In this document: piece after piece, positions 1-13,835 of the stretch | Layout of the letters: the number at the start of each line of letters is the position of its first letter | How positions within the stretch are numbered: position 1 is the stretch's first letter | Assembly (NCBI RefSeq): GCF_964355755.1 | Contig: NC_092676.1 | Span: 17,564,871-17,628,870, forward strand | Source: Antedon mediterranea | Lineage: Eukaryota; Animalia; Echinodermata | Direction: 5' to 3' | DNA length: 64,000 nucleotides | The notes under the pieces: model-generated | The model's database searches: none | The model's input: only the letters and a program-made list of their open reading frames with translations | Told to the model about the DNA's origin: nothing | Program-made: the position numbers and the translations under genes

Positions 1-931
1 ATGTTGCATTATGCATAAAGGTTAACATTGTTATCTAAATATATTCTTTTGATTTTATAGGCTTTCTTGTTTCTAGTTCATTTGTGTCCTTACCTTCATT
101 TTAATTTAAAGTTTCTTGGTGTGTGAAAGGATCAGGTACCGTAAGATTGATTTTTAATTATGTAATACCTCTTTTAGTTTTGTATTTTAATGTGTTTTTC
201 TTTACTGTATATTCATGGATGCAACACAATCTAGATAAAGGACCCCATCAATATCTCCATCTAAAAGTAAGATTTCTTTGGTTCCTGAACCCAACCCTTT
301 GTGTATGCTTCCTCTAGAAGGTAAACTTATCAAATAAATCATATGACAACATTTTGAAGGAAACAATCCCAGTACAAAACATCAACTAACAATTATAACA
401 ATTTGCTGATTAAGTAAAGGTAAAGTTTGAAATATTGGGATTTAATGTAATTAACAAAGAAATATGAAATGTCATTGAAGCAGTTCCATTTATTAATAAA
501 ATGCATGTGCATTATACAATGTTATAAAAGTTAAAATATTTTACAACTACACATTTGAAATATAATGAATACTATCATTTTTAGAAAATAATTACCAAAG
601 GGTATTAGGTGGTTTAATTCTGAAATTATTCGGTTGTTTAGGCGTATTGTGATTTTTTATATATTAAGTATACATATTCGTTTTATTATAAATCAAAGAG
701 CTGCATAAGCAGGACATAGAAATAAATCAACATTCTTTTTAATATATATTAAAATTTTGGTATTTTAACTTTAATGTAATTTTTTTTTTGGATTAATACA
801 TTTTGACTTACACAATGGTTTTAAATACATTAGTAAGAAAATGAGTTGAAAATACATAAATTTCGCATTATTATTATTATTATAAACATTCTAACAAAGG
901 ACGAAATAAAGTGGATTGAACCTACATCAGG

Positions 932-3249
932 AAAAAATGTATGTTTGAGCAACAGTGACAATTTTACTCAGATTATTCTTAGTAGGAATTACTTACAATG
1001 TATTGATGTGTGGTAAATGACTTCCATTTTTAACAGCATCAGGAACATATTTAAAACGATTATATCCGAGGTATCTGTAAATAAAATAGTGAAATTTAGT
1101 CTTGGGTTCTATTTTTCAATAATTAATAAAAAGAGGCATATACATGAAGGTACTTATCATAAAATGTATTTTTAAATTGTATGTTTGATGTCACTCAGAA
1201 AGTATTAGTACGTAGCACTCTCACATATAGGTACAAATCATTTTAAATAAACGTAAATTAAATTGTTTTTATAGGAACAATGACAATGCTTAGTTCTTTG
1301 TTTTTACATCCTGTATTACTTGTTTGTTTTTATGTCGTCATCGTCGTCATCGTCATCATGCACATTATTCAATGATGTTGGCTATTTAAACCTCACCAAA
1401 GAGATTCAGCTATTGGTACTTTCTCATCAATCCACAACATGGGTTTTGTGGAGAATACACCAGAATACATTCAGTTAACATGACAAAGAAAACATAAAAA
1501 GATCGATAAGTAAAATGTACTCAAAATCACTTACAACATCTGCAGGTTTGATAGACATGAAAATGATTCTGTTTCCATAGTAGTCTCATCAAGTAAATTT
1601 GACTGAAGATCAAGAATTTTGAGGGATTGTAAATTACACATGTCATCCTCGCGTATTCCTTTTATATAATTGTTAGATAAATCTCTGCAACACAAATAGA
1701 ACTGTGATGATGAATATTGTTTACACGTTTAATAATAAGATTATATTAAGAATAGTATTAACATTGAAATACTGGTATTGATAGTTCAGAATACTTACAA
1801 AGATGTGACACTTGACAACATTAGAAAAGGATCATGTAAATTGAACCTGTACTTGTAGTATGTTAGAGCAGATGAAGTGAATGCATCCTCAGCATACAAT
1901 GTTATGTTCCTGATAAAATTGTGATCCAAATACCTGTTAAACGAATAATAACTTATTTAACTTTCGAGATTATTTCATAGTATTGAATAAAACCCATGTA
2001 TGAAAGGCCTCCATTCATTACCACGTTATTCATATATAGTTTACAACCAAATATATTTATACTGTCCCATCATGAAAGAACCTCTCAACTGCATAAAGGA
2101 AAGTTGTCAACAAAACGTGTTATTTTTTAGCTCTTCTCGTGTGTAGATAATAGTTTTTTTTTTATTTTCACACCTTTTAACAGTATATATATGTACGCTT
2201 TATTGTGTATACATTTTAATAAAATTACTCACTATAATATTAGATATGTCAGTTTTACTGTTCTTTCATGACATTCTTGGTCAATTAAACACAAGAAAAT
2301 CATGACATATCTCAAATTATTGTACACATTTCGTGTAATCATTTAGTTTTATTCTCTAAAACTGTTTCATGAGATTGCTAATACAGTACTTACTCTCCAC
2401 AAATACCAGTATTTCAATGTTAATACTATTCTTAATATAATCTTATTATTAAACGTGTAAACAATATTCATCATCACAGTTCTATTTGTGTTGCAGAGAT
2501 TTATCTAACAATTATATAAAAGGAATACGCGAGGATGACATGTGTAATTTACAATCCCTCAAAATTCTTGATCTTCAGTCAAATTTACTTGATGAGACTA
2601 CTATGGAAACAGAATCATTTTCATGTCTATCAAACCTGCAGATGTTGTAAGTGATTTTGAGTACATTTTACTTATCGATCTTTTTATGTTTTCTTTGTCA
2701 TGTTAACTGAATGTATTCTGGTGTATTCTCCACAAAACCCATGTTGTGGATTGATGAGAAAGTACCAATAGCTGAATCTCTTTGGTGAGGTTTAAATAGC
2801 CAACATCATTGAATAATGTGCATGATGACGATGACGACGATGACGACATAAAAACAAACAAGTAATACAGGATGTAAAAACAAAGAACTAAGCATTGTCA
2901 TTGTTCCTATAAAAACAATTTAATTTACGTTTATTTAAAATGATTTGTACCTATATGTGAGAGTGCTACGTACTAATACTTTCTGAGTGACATCAAACAT
3001 ACAATTTAAAAATACATTTTATGATAAGTACCTTCATGTATATGCCTCTTTTTATTAATTATTGAAAAATAGAACCCAAGACTAAATTTCACTATTTTAT
3101 TTACAGATACCTCGGATATAATCGTTTTAAATATGTTCCTGATGCTGTTAAAAATGGAAGTCATTTACCACACATCAATACATTGTAAGTAATTCCTACT
3201 AAGAATAATCTGAGTAAAATTGTCACTGTTGCTCAAACATACATTTTTT
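932..3249. repeat. 848-bp inverted duplication (arms 932-1779 and 2402-3249, 622-bp spacer)
   Basis: 2402-3249 is the reverse complement of 932-1779. Both arms are 848 bp and no mismatch was seen in spot checks. The right arm carries antisense copies of two LRR exons (2497-2646, 3107-3184). Confidence 0.95.
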
Positions 3250-6200
3250 GTATAGGATTAGTGGAGAAATCTGAAATGTACCCTTTATTAAATATGCTAT
3301 TCACATGAAACTTACACGAAATTTAATTTTGGGTAAGATTCTTCGGATAACACTGGATGTGGAAAAGTGGTTAGCGCGTTATCACTAAGCCATAAATTGA
3401 CAAGTTCATCACCAATTCCTTGGAAAGCATCATACATTATTACAGATAGCTTGTTTGCTGTATCATCTTTCTGGGAATGTAGAATCCTGCAATAAAAATA
3501 CTCAAAAAGCTATACCAAAGGATTGTGTTACTCATGTCTACTGATAGGAAATGTATGTAAATAAATTCCAAATAACAATACAACTCATTGAAAAAGATTT
3601 GAACAAATCCATTTGGTAATTAATAGAAAGTTCCCACAGTCTTGTTTAAAAACCGTAATTATATAATAAACTAGGCATATTGATGTTTTTTTCAAGTAAT
3701 TAAACAGATTAGAAATGTAGTAGGTCTATTTTAAGTTTATACTTTAGTTTAAAGATGTATTGTCCCTTGGAACACACAAAAATGAAGGTCAAAATATTAA
3801 ATTTAAAAATGGCCATATGAAAGTAATATTCAAAGTTATTCACCTTAAGTCGATAATTCGAGCCAAAAACAACAATTTTACGTAATTAACAGCTAAATTA
3901 ATTTGATTACATTTCGTCTGGATAATCGTCCCGAGCAAAAGTAAAGAAAGATTTCAAACCATGAGTATACATTATGCATGATGCTAATTAGGATTGTTTA
4001 CAACTCGTCACGGATGAGAAGGTGTTTTCACACAGAACGCGAGGAAGTTTTATGATTATGCATACAGAGTAGCCAAATAAGCGCGTTGCATTATGAGATA
4101 TGTTTTGAAAGAAAACTTTGACTGGAAGTCAAAGGTTATTTTTGAACCAAAAAACGTTTTTTCGACTCGTTTTTGGTGAAAATTAATAACTATTATGATA
4201 CTTCAAATTGACCCACTTTTTTTTAAAATCTTTTTTTTTTTGGAATTTGACAAAGGGACAATACATCTTTAAGTGGTATGTTTATTCTCAACAATGCAAT
4301 TTGAAGTAAACAGAAATGACTTACAAAGTTTGCAATTTTGGTAGGTTTGTAAAATACTTTGATCCGATGGTAGTGACCTGGTTTTGATTCAGTCCTCTGT
4401 AAGTTAACAATTAAAGACATATTATAATGAATCATAGACTGGAAAGAATAATTATACTATCAATAAACATTTACAATAAAACCGAAATAAATAATAACAT
4501 AAACGGCAACCCCTTTCAAATGGAACATGTCTACCCGAACTTATTAAAGTTCTAAATTTCATTTTAAAACATCAATAACCTAATTATAATATCTTTTATC
4601 TTTATTTCTTCTACTAAAATAAAAATTTAAATGTTAAAACACAACATTTGTGGTCTTTTTCCATTATTTGTACTGTAAATAATATTTAATGTATACATCT
4701 TTTTCTATAGGTACCTTTACAGGTGGTCTTTCATACTTTGAATTTTCAGCCATTACAAAATACACTAATGGTATAAAAATCATACTCAAACTAAAAGGAT
4801 GCAGATGATGATGGTTTTTTATCTATACGTACATTTATCTCATAAAAGAAAACGTGGAAAAACTTACAAATGTAAGAGTTCTGGAATGTTAGCAAATACA
4901 TTTGGATTAACACTTGATAACTTGTTTTTATGAAGTTCTCTGCAGAAATTGAAAGTATTTAATGTTGAGGCCAGAGCATAGCATATAAGTTACGTAAGTA
5001 ACGTTTTACTACTAATAACAACAATATATACTGTAGGAATACCATCATTTTTATATGAGAGTAATGGTGAGAAGCAGCGAAGAAAATGAATATGATTACA
5101 CTGATTTACTGTATTATTTTTAGCAAATGTCATGTTTTTAAATTTCAACTTATTTCAGCTTTGGCTGACAACTTGCAATATGATTTCTTATACCTGAATA
5201 AATAAATATATTGTGAAATATAGTGATATATCACATGGTTTTTAAATACATTTGTAATTAGTGAAACCATTTTCACACTAAAATATCAACCTGCAAGGCA
5301 GATTCAAGACGCTAGAATATGAAACCACAACAGGTCATTTCTGTTAATGGTTTAATTATATAGATATTTTCTTTATTTATTTAACAACATCTTTATACAG
5401 GATAACACAATCCGGTTTTGCATTGTGGTTCATGTCTTAACTACAATAAATCGGAGAGAAAATTATAGTTTTGTGAAAAAAATGTGATCAATATTTAGCT
5501 TTGAATAAAGCAATTGTTAATGAATATTTAATTTCAGTTGGTAGGTTATTCCATATTTTAGCGACTGCAACATTGAACAAGTTCATCTTACTATATAAAG
5601 AAATATATATATAAATATACTTACAAAATCTTAAGAGACTTGAGCTGAGAGAACGATTTTGGAGCTATATAGTTGATCAAATTATTGCTAAGATTGCTGT
5701 AAAATCAGAAAATGATATATTTTATTAGACATTATAATAATAATAATAATGAAAGATTATACAGACGTCCATATCTCCGTATATTATAATAATTATATAA
5801 ATATATAATATATTAAACAATGTAAGCACCGTATTGTGTCTTCCCTCTCTTAGGTCGTTTATTTGCAAATCATTTTTGTTATGTAATCATACATAAAGCT
5901 ACCTAAAAACAACAAACACATTAATGACAGATAGTTTTCAATTAATCTTCGTTCACACCAGACACAAAACAGCAAATGTAACAGTTATACTGTATACAAT
6001 ATAAAAACATAGAGAGATCTTTATTTTATAATCTATACTCAACTCGGCAATTTTCAGTGACGTCTTTGTCGTTCACCATTCCCTCTATTAGGGACTATTT
6101 CCAAATAATAATTATAGCCATTTAAATACATGCTATGTTTTTTTTCTGATTTCAACCAAATACATAGCCCTACTGTACATTAAAAATTTAGTAAATTCTC

Positions 6201-9200
6201 TGAGGTTCTGGTTTCATCTTAATATACTTAATATTTGATACACTGGTTTAACTTGTGATCAACAACTTTATATGGAAGGTTAGGTAGTATTACACCAATT
6301 GTGTTGTTGTTAAACATAGTGTAACTTACAGGTGTTGGACATTGGATTCCGCCAATGCCTCCATATTTCTCTTGGAAATACTTTTCAGCCGATTTTGATC
6401 AATAGACATGAAAAGCAGATTATTCATCTTGGTTACAGCATCTGTTGGAAACTTAGTCATCTGATTCATACTAAGGCCTCTAAATTCAATTTAAACAAAT
6501 GATTGATCGTATTTATTCGTTATTGTTTCACTGTTATGAGCTCGTGTGTTGTGCCCTACAGTACATTGATAGAATTTTTGAACGGTACTATGTCTAAGGG
6601 AAAAGTGCGGGAAATATTGTCCTTTAGTTTTAGTTTGGAGACAAGAAACATCCTTTTCTTGCTTGTTTGTGGTACTAGATGTAACAATTATTAGTACAAC
6701 ATATGAATTAAACGCTTCAATCTATTTGAACTTTTTAAGAATCTGAAAATGTCTAATATATAGAATCCTCAACATTTGTATTTATTATTCCGAGTTATTA
6801 GCAACTTATTTCTTCATAGTTATGAAAGAGAACAATATAAAGCAAGACCAAGGTAATAAAATAATTTAAACTCTTGTATAACTTTAAAAGCTTTTTACTT
6901 ACAAAAAACTAATATTGGAGTTCGAGAAAAATCCTCTAGGCAGTCTGTCAATCTTATTATTCACCAGGTTTCTGTATACATTTTAAACAATAATACAAGT
7001 TAACTATTAAACAGAACTAATCAAAAATATTATAGAAAGCAAAGGTCCGTACGAACCTAAAAAGAGGTTTGCCAGTAATTAAATCAAGTTTGTATACTTT
7101 TCTCTTTGATTTCGATTTTGCTAGTTACTAGTAGTTAAGTAGAGCCTCTTTAAAAGGTACACCTTCGGAACACAAGTGTCCTCTTAAATAGGGGTTTTCC
7201 TTTAAAATAGGTGTATCTCAAAGAGGGCTTCAATAAGGTCGTTTTCTGTATTTTTATTTGTGTACACATATTACTCAAGAAATAAATGTCTAAATCAGAT
7301 CCATTGCTAATGATAATCAAGTTATTTTTTGTGTTTGTTTTGCAAATTAAGCCTGTTAACTGTTGATATCATTTCACCGTAGCAAACACTCAATTGTGTT
7401 CCTTACCTAACCCCAGTGTATGTGATACCTTTTATTAGGAATAGGCACATAATTATAATAAGAATGAGAATGTTAATGATGATTATGACGACGACATAAA
7501 CAATTGTCTTACACATGCGTCAATGAAGCTGGCAATCCTTTGAAGGTAAATGTTGAATTAAATTTCAGACGACTTTCAGAAATCTCACTATAAAAATGTA
7601 AAATATAATAAACATAAATAAGTGCATCACAATCAACAGTATTATCTATTTATCTTTCTAAAGGTCTAGGCTTTTAGGCTCTTTCTCTTGGATCTTTCAA
7701 AACTTGGTTGTAAATTACATAATTGATATTTAATATTCAATACGATAAATAATTTGTTTTAATTATGACTAATGATATGAATTATAAGAAACACAAACAA
7801 GCGTTTAATAATGAGTCTAAATCACCAAATCAATAGAGAGGTAGGCCTAACATTGAGAAATCTGCATGTTAGATTGCTCTCTGGTCAGATTTGAAAGCTT
7901 TTTTAGATGGTACTCGAGCATCTTACCACAAAAGTAGCTCGAAAACAATAGTATAACAAAACGATTCATGATATACAGTTCATTACGGTAAAAAAACAAA
8001 TATAACCAACTTACAGGCGTTTCAGATTCGTGCATCTCGAAACATCTGGGAATACTGCTAAATCAGTACGATGAATAATTCTACATAGTTTATAAAAATA
8101 ATTTTACTTACAAATCAAGACATTTTTTAATTGTTATTTTTCGAAATAAACTTATTATGGGTATATTAAGCCAGTTTTATTTTTAAAGTCTAAATAGTGC
8201 AAGTACTTACAGTTTCTCCAAGTTGGTTAGTAGAGAAAATGTTCCGTCATAAATGTATTTAAGGTTACCAATGATAGTACTGCAACAGATTAGAAAATTA
8301 CATTAGAATTAACAATCACTGTGTATTTTTTTTAGTGGATCGAAGATTTGCAAGATTACAAGAATTGTTCATATGTTCCTTCACTAGACTAAGCTGTTCC
8401 ATTTAATTGAATTAATCAGGTGAGGTGAAGCATAATGGGTACATACGACGTGGTAGCACCTACTGGAGCAATTGTTACTAGGCCAATTTACAGTTTCTGG
8501 TAGATGGGCTGCACTTTTTTGGAACTTATTTAATTTTTTTTAGTTTACACAATTCTATTTCTATAGAATTTTATAAAAAAATGTTATTCAATATTTAATT
8601 TATTGTACTTACATTGAAGTCACACTTGGAGAAAATGTTATATCTGTCAAATTATCAAAGTTCTGATTTACAAGTTTACTGAAATTGAATGAACATTAAA
8701 TAAACTTATAAATGAAATAGGAACATTAAAAAGTCAATCTAAAACAAATTAATGTATCATATTGTATATAGATATAAAATACATACAAAACATGGGATGG
8801 TTTGTCTATCTGGTGGTGTTAACGTAATAATAATGATAATGATAACAGCAGCAGCAATAGCAGAAACAACAACAGCAACAGAAACAAAAAAGCAGTAGCA
8901 ACAACAACAACAACAATAACAATAACAATAAATACGGTACCATATCAGTGAATAAGATTACATAACTACACCAGCCTACCGATCAAGCGAAGAACGGTGG
9001 ATATAGTATGTCATTTCAGCAGCTCGAACCGAAAGCTTGGCACTTCATTTTAATTTATACTTGAAATGTATATAGACTGAACATTTCAAGCAGATTCACG
9101 GGTATCTGTTTTTAAACAGATACCCAGTTTAAAAACTGTTAAACTACTATTACTACTACTATACATACATCTATTTTATTATTTGATATCGTCTATTTAT

Positions 9201-9782
9201 CGAGATGAATGAACTGAATATCATTCTTCTCACCATTTTGCCTAAATTCATGACTCAATATAGATTCAACATTCTTGAAAAAAACAATAATTTATAAAAC
9301 TCAGAGATCTTTAGAAATGAATTTCTATCATTTCTGTTTTACTTACACTGTATTCGCGGACGAGCAATCTACCGTCCGTGTTATAGAATCGCAGGTACAT
9401 CCACTACATGTATTGGAGCTGTATGTAGCCGTTGATTTTCCATAACCCGTGTCTCCATAGCTATAGTACTTATATGACCATAACCCTGTAAACATTTCAG
9501 TTCCTGTAAAAAAATAAATAAAAATAGCTACACAAAATTCCATCGAACAATAATTCGAATAAACACATAAGCACCAACATACACAAATACACAGTATAGA
9601 AATAAAAACACTAAGAATGAACTTCCGTTGTGTCATTGCCTACCTGTTTCATATTCAGGATCTAAGCCACCTTCTTCTTTTGGATATCGATTATTCCAAT
9701 AGTCTGCACCATCCCAATATTGTCCTCTAACTTCACAAATACAACTTATTATTACAGCTAGTACAACAGAAACAACGTTCAT
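997..9782 (-). CDS. Multi-exon leucine-rich-repeat protein with signal peptide and Cys-rich N-cap; 3' end not resolved (probably continues left of the window)
   Basis: GT-AG exons read by hand: 9644-9782 (MNVVSVVLAVIISCICEVRG.. signal peptide), 9347-9503 (CSGCTCDSITRTVDCS, LRRNT-like), 8613-8678, 8211-8279, 8015-8080, 7513-7587, 6903-6971, 6330-6479, 5625-5696, 4868-4939, 3316-3486, 1799-1933, 1535-1684, 997-1074. They splice into one open frame with LxxLxLxxNxI repeats (e.g. NLSNNLINYIAPKSFSQLKSLKIL, DLSNNYIKGIREDDMCNLQSLKILDLQSNLL). Confidence 0.9.
8822..8930. repeat. Compound trinucleotide microsatellite (AAT/CAG/CAA)
   Basis: taataataatgataat..cagcagcagcaa..caacaacaacaa in an LRR-gene intron. 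Confidence 0.8.
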
Positions 9783-9977
9783 TTTTCATCAGTTTTCCCA
9801 AAACACTTCTCAAAATAGGCTTATAATCTGGAAGCTAGAAGATAGAACTTTTTTTTAATAAAAAAATAAACAAAAAATAAAATAAAAATTTTAAAAAAGT
9901 AAAAAAATAATAAAAAATTAAATAAATAAAAAAAAGGAGATAAAACTTACTCATCCAAATATATATTGAAATACTGG

Positions 9978-10070
9978 GAGATTCGAATGTTCCATTCCTT
10001 GCAAATCAATACGTTTGTATAACAAGGCCAACAGCCATAATAGTGCTAAAATGCATAGTGATACCGGACC

Positions 10071-10105
<35 letters not shown>

Positions 10106-10674
10106 CGACTGACCGACCGACAGACAGACAGACCGACCGACCGACATAGTGAACTATAGAGTCGCGTCCACGCGACTAAAAACAAGGCCAACAGCCATAA
10201 GTCGCGTGCTCTCAGAAAAAAATGAACTTTCAAAAAGTAATGTACATCAAAACAGTTCAAAAAGAACAGAAAAGCGATAAAACGCTTAATGATACCGGAC
10301 CGACAGACAGACCGACAGACCGACCGACCGACATAGTGAACTATTGAGTGGCGTCCACGCGACTAAAAACGTATATTAAATCTATCAAAATAGTCTGTCT
10401 TCAACATTATGATGCTGTATTTGAGCCGTTCAACCGGTTTTCAGCTACAATTATCGTAGGAGGAGATAGGTAAATGCGAAGCATCCTCGCATTATTGTGT
10501 GCGGGTATTATTGAAGATGGACATCTGTTAGATAGTGTATACCACGATCTAAAAATTTTGGGCAAATCGTTAAGCCTAAATTCGTTTTAATAGTCAATAA
10601 GTAATTATCTATCTCAATTAAATTAGTAAACAGGGTTACACCGAATTTTGCCCTTACTTAAATTTATATATGGA
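9978..10674 (-). mobile_element. Truncated 5' part of the non-autonomous Helitron seen at 48303-49743, interrupted by two HINE-like elements
   Basis: 9978-10020 plus 10369-10674 match about 49276-49743 (e.g. gcaaatcaatac.tttgtataa|acgtatattaaatctatcaaaatagt), with an internal deletion. Confidence 0.75.
10021..10368 (-). mobile_element. Two tandem Helentron-associated (HINE/DINE-1-like) non-autonomous elements with a (GACA/GACC)n microsatellite
   Basis: Each unit has an aacaaggccaacagccat end, a microsatellite core and a terminal hairpin agtcgcgtccacgcgact (one mismatch in the second unit), and sits in an A/T run. Another copy is at 59670-59782. Confidence 0.7.
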
Positions 10675-13446
10675 TACCGACTTTAAATATATTTAAAATG
10701 TGTACATAAGATTTGGTATAAATTATTGTTTAAAATATATATAAATCCAATTTTAAATTTAAGTTTAATTCTATTTGTCTAGTTCCATTCCTAAATTGTT
10801 TATATCTACGAAGCTATTTTTTTGTTTTTTACCCTTACTCTTTCCACCCTCTATTCATCAGCCTGTGTCTTCTTTGTTTTTATTTCTTTTATTCCAGTCC
10901 ACTCAGGCAGCACTTAATACTATCTACTTTTTCCCAGTACTCTAACTTGCCTAAACCGACATTCAAACCCGGAAGTTCTGTTTCATTTGCAGATGTCCTA
11001 ACCATTAGACCACTGGTATTGTTCAAGCTCGATTGGATAGCGACTCTTTCACACTCTTGGCGTGGTACGGCGGAACATTGCAATTATTGCAGAAGACATG
11101 CTTACAAATTATGTCTTCCTTTAAAATTGACTTTTTTGCATATTAAGGTTAATTTCATCTTTGTTTAATGTATTACATAATATAAGCCCTTTGTAGGATA
11201 TGCTACCTCTATTTGTATTCGGTATGCGGTTTTGGAACGTACAGATTTAAGTTTCCATGATAGTAGTTGTACTGAAAAGTATTTCATTTTATTAAATTGT
11301 TTAAATAAGATGGCGTTAAATATGAGTAGTACATTTTCAAATGTATTTCTTTTCCTCAAATATATCCAATCGGCAGTTTCTAGCGATAATTTACTCGACG
11401 TGTCCTACTTTTAAATTCAAACAATTATTGCTGCCTATTATTATTGCCCTATTTTGTATTCTTTGCAATTTTTGCAGGAAGGTAGACCCACAGTTAATAA
11501 ATTGCAATGTTTAACGAAACATGATAATTGCATTCGATATATTTATCAGTACATCTTTTGAAAAAAGTTTACGGTATTTTACAATATGATCTAGAGACGA
11601 TAAACTGCAATGTATACATATTATTCCTAGATTGTAGTACTGTACAAGAAACAGCTCCTTCCCAATTACACAAGTTCTATACTATTTTTTTTAGAATGTT
11701 AGCATTGATAATTTCCCCAAAATAAAATGAACCATATAGTTTCTCACAATAGATAAATCATGAAATTCATCTTTTGACTTAGATTCAACATGCGCCTCTT
11801 TTAGAAATTATTGGTGACGATGACTGAAACATCTAACAATCTCAATCTGTATCAGATTTGTAAAATTGTTTTGTGTATAAACCTTTGATTTACTAGGTAA
11901 TAACTTCATAGAATTGGATCAACCTACTCAAAGCATTGTTGAATGTTTCCTAGCAACTACACAGATAATCAGTCAACTGAGCAAACACATTGTTTGTTGA
12001 TATAATAGAGGAAGCAAAATATAATTGAAAACGTTGGGAATTTGGCATTATACAGAATGGTAACCATGGTTCTTGATCTACTAGTTTATTGTTAAAGAAG
12101 TACACTCTCTGTTGGATTATATTATGTTTTTAAGTTTTTAACATTAAAATTATTCAAACATTAGAATTTTAAAAATTTTAAAAGTACATTTATATTATAA
12201 TGCAACATTACATTTAAAATTCTAAAAAACAAACATGACCAAAATGTTTTTTAAAAAAAATAAACATAAATGTTTAAAACAAAATAGTTTTAAAATGCAT
12301 ATACAATTTTGCTTTAAACACAGTAAATAAAAAGTGATATGCTAAACATAATTTCCAAATCAACAAAATGTAATTACAAACCTTTGAAATAAGTATCCAC
12401 AGCACAGATTAACTTACGTACAAAGAAGATGCATTAACATTGAAGAATACAAGGTACATTGTAGGTAGGTAACAGGTAGTTATTGTACTGTCCATATACA
12501 GTACAATCTATCTAATAATTCTAAATTCAATAATTTAAGATCTAAAGATGTCTATATAGACAGGCTGAGTATACCTGAGTAAATTTACTTACGAATGCTG
12601 TCTACTGTATTCCTTTTAAAATCTACCTCTTGAAATACATTCTCTTGAGTCAGCAGATAATGACTGTATGCACAAACACCATGAACCAAACATCCGCTTG
12701 CATTCAGTGTACCAGGAACTAAACACCAAATAAATAGAACCTGGTGTTGAGAGATCAGTATTACTAATCTATTCAGCAAGTCAATTGGACTATGATATTA
12801 ATATAACCAGGGAAGAGTTAACTCTTCCCTGATATAACTATCATCTTTTCTAGAGGGGATCCAGAGTTTTGTAGAAAGGTCGGGGAGTGGATGAGTTATA
12901 CGTCCTGTGGAAGAATACAATTGGTTTTCGATAAACTTCATGATTTTGTTGTTATTGTAATATTTTCACTTATATATTTATAGTATTATTAATTGTTGTC
13001 TATTTGTTTGTTGCTTTTTTTATACGTATCCAACAGCAAGCAACTCGCCAATTATAGGATGGACTTAAACTAAACTATAATTTATCGTGATTAAAACCAA
13101 GTCTTATTTGAGAGTAGGACGAATTATGAGTTACGATGGATCTTGGGAATTGTAAGGCAATTTGCATTAATATATAATTAGGTCCTCGTTTTTTTATATT
13201 TAAAAAACACATTTATGTTATAATGTTTAAACATCCTTAATAAAGAAATGTAATTAAGTCATACACTTAACAACATTATGCTATCCCTATTCACAGCGTT
13301 ATTGTGTACATCTGTTCAGACAAGATTGGGATCGTAAGTTTCAATATACGGAGAAAATCAGTAACAAATGGGTCATATTGTTTGTGCTTGTAATTTTTAA
13401 AATATAAAAATGTATTATTTGTAAACCTTTACATGGTTTTTTTTTC

Positions 13447-13555
13447 TACAGCTCACTATGTCGGTCGGCCGGTTGGTCGGATGGTCGCTCGGTCGGTCAG
13501 TAAACACTATCTCAAATTTGAGCACGCGACTGCAGCCATGTATATGGCCTTGTTT
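13447..13555 (+). mobile_element. HINE-like element, related subfamily
   Basis: agctcactatgtcggtcgg..gcacgcgactgcagccatgtatatggccttgtt; related copies at about 42546-42645 and 54715-54786. Confidence 0.6.
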
Positions 13556-13835
13556 TGTGTTATAAGCCAACGAATTTTCTATATTAGAGCAAAAATTATT
13601 TGAATTGACTATTATATAATTATTATCATATCAATTTTCAATGTCAAAACCACAAATGACCTCAAATTTTAACCTAAAACGAATTAAAGTTCCATTGATT
13701 ACTAATTCCAAGTGTGAAACAATAGGCTGGTGCTTTTCTTTCTTGAGTTCATCTCAATTAAAAATGTATTCCACTGATCCTAGTTTTACATCTAAAAAAC
13801 AGTCAGAAAGGTCTGGTATCCGGACATTGTTCAAA

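Noticed and set aside
202-313. Possible terminal exon of the LRR gene (GSIHKGLGSGTKEILLLDGDIDG..MNIQ*)
   Set aside because: The acceptor and phase fit, but the peptide has no LRR, cap or TM character, so it was not included in the model.
2497-3184. Plus-strand LRR exons suggesting a second, opposite-strand LRR gene
   Set aside because: They are copies inside the inverted duplication, with no other plus-strand exons, start or stop.
10006-10260. 84-aa ORF with SVC repeats
   Set aside because: Translation of the (GACA)n microsatellite in a HINE-like element.
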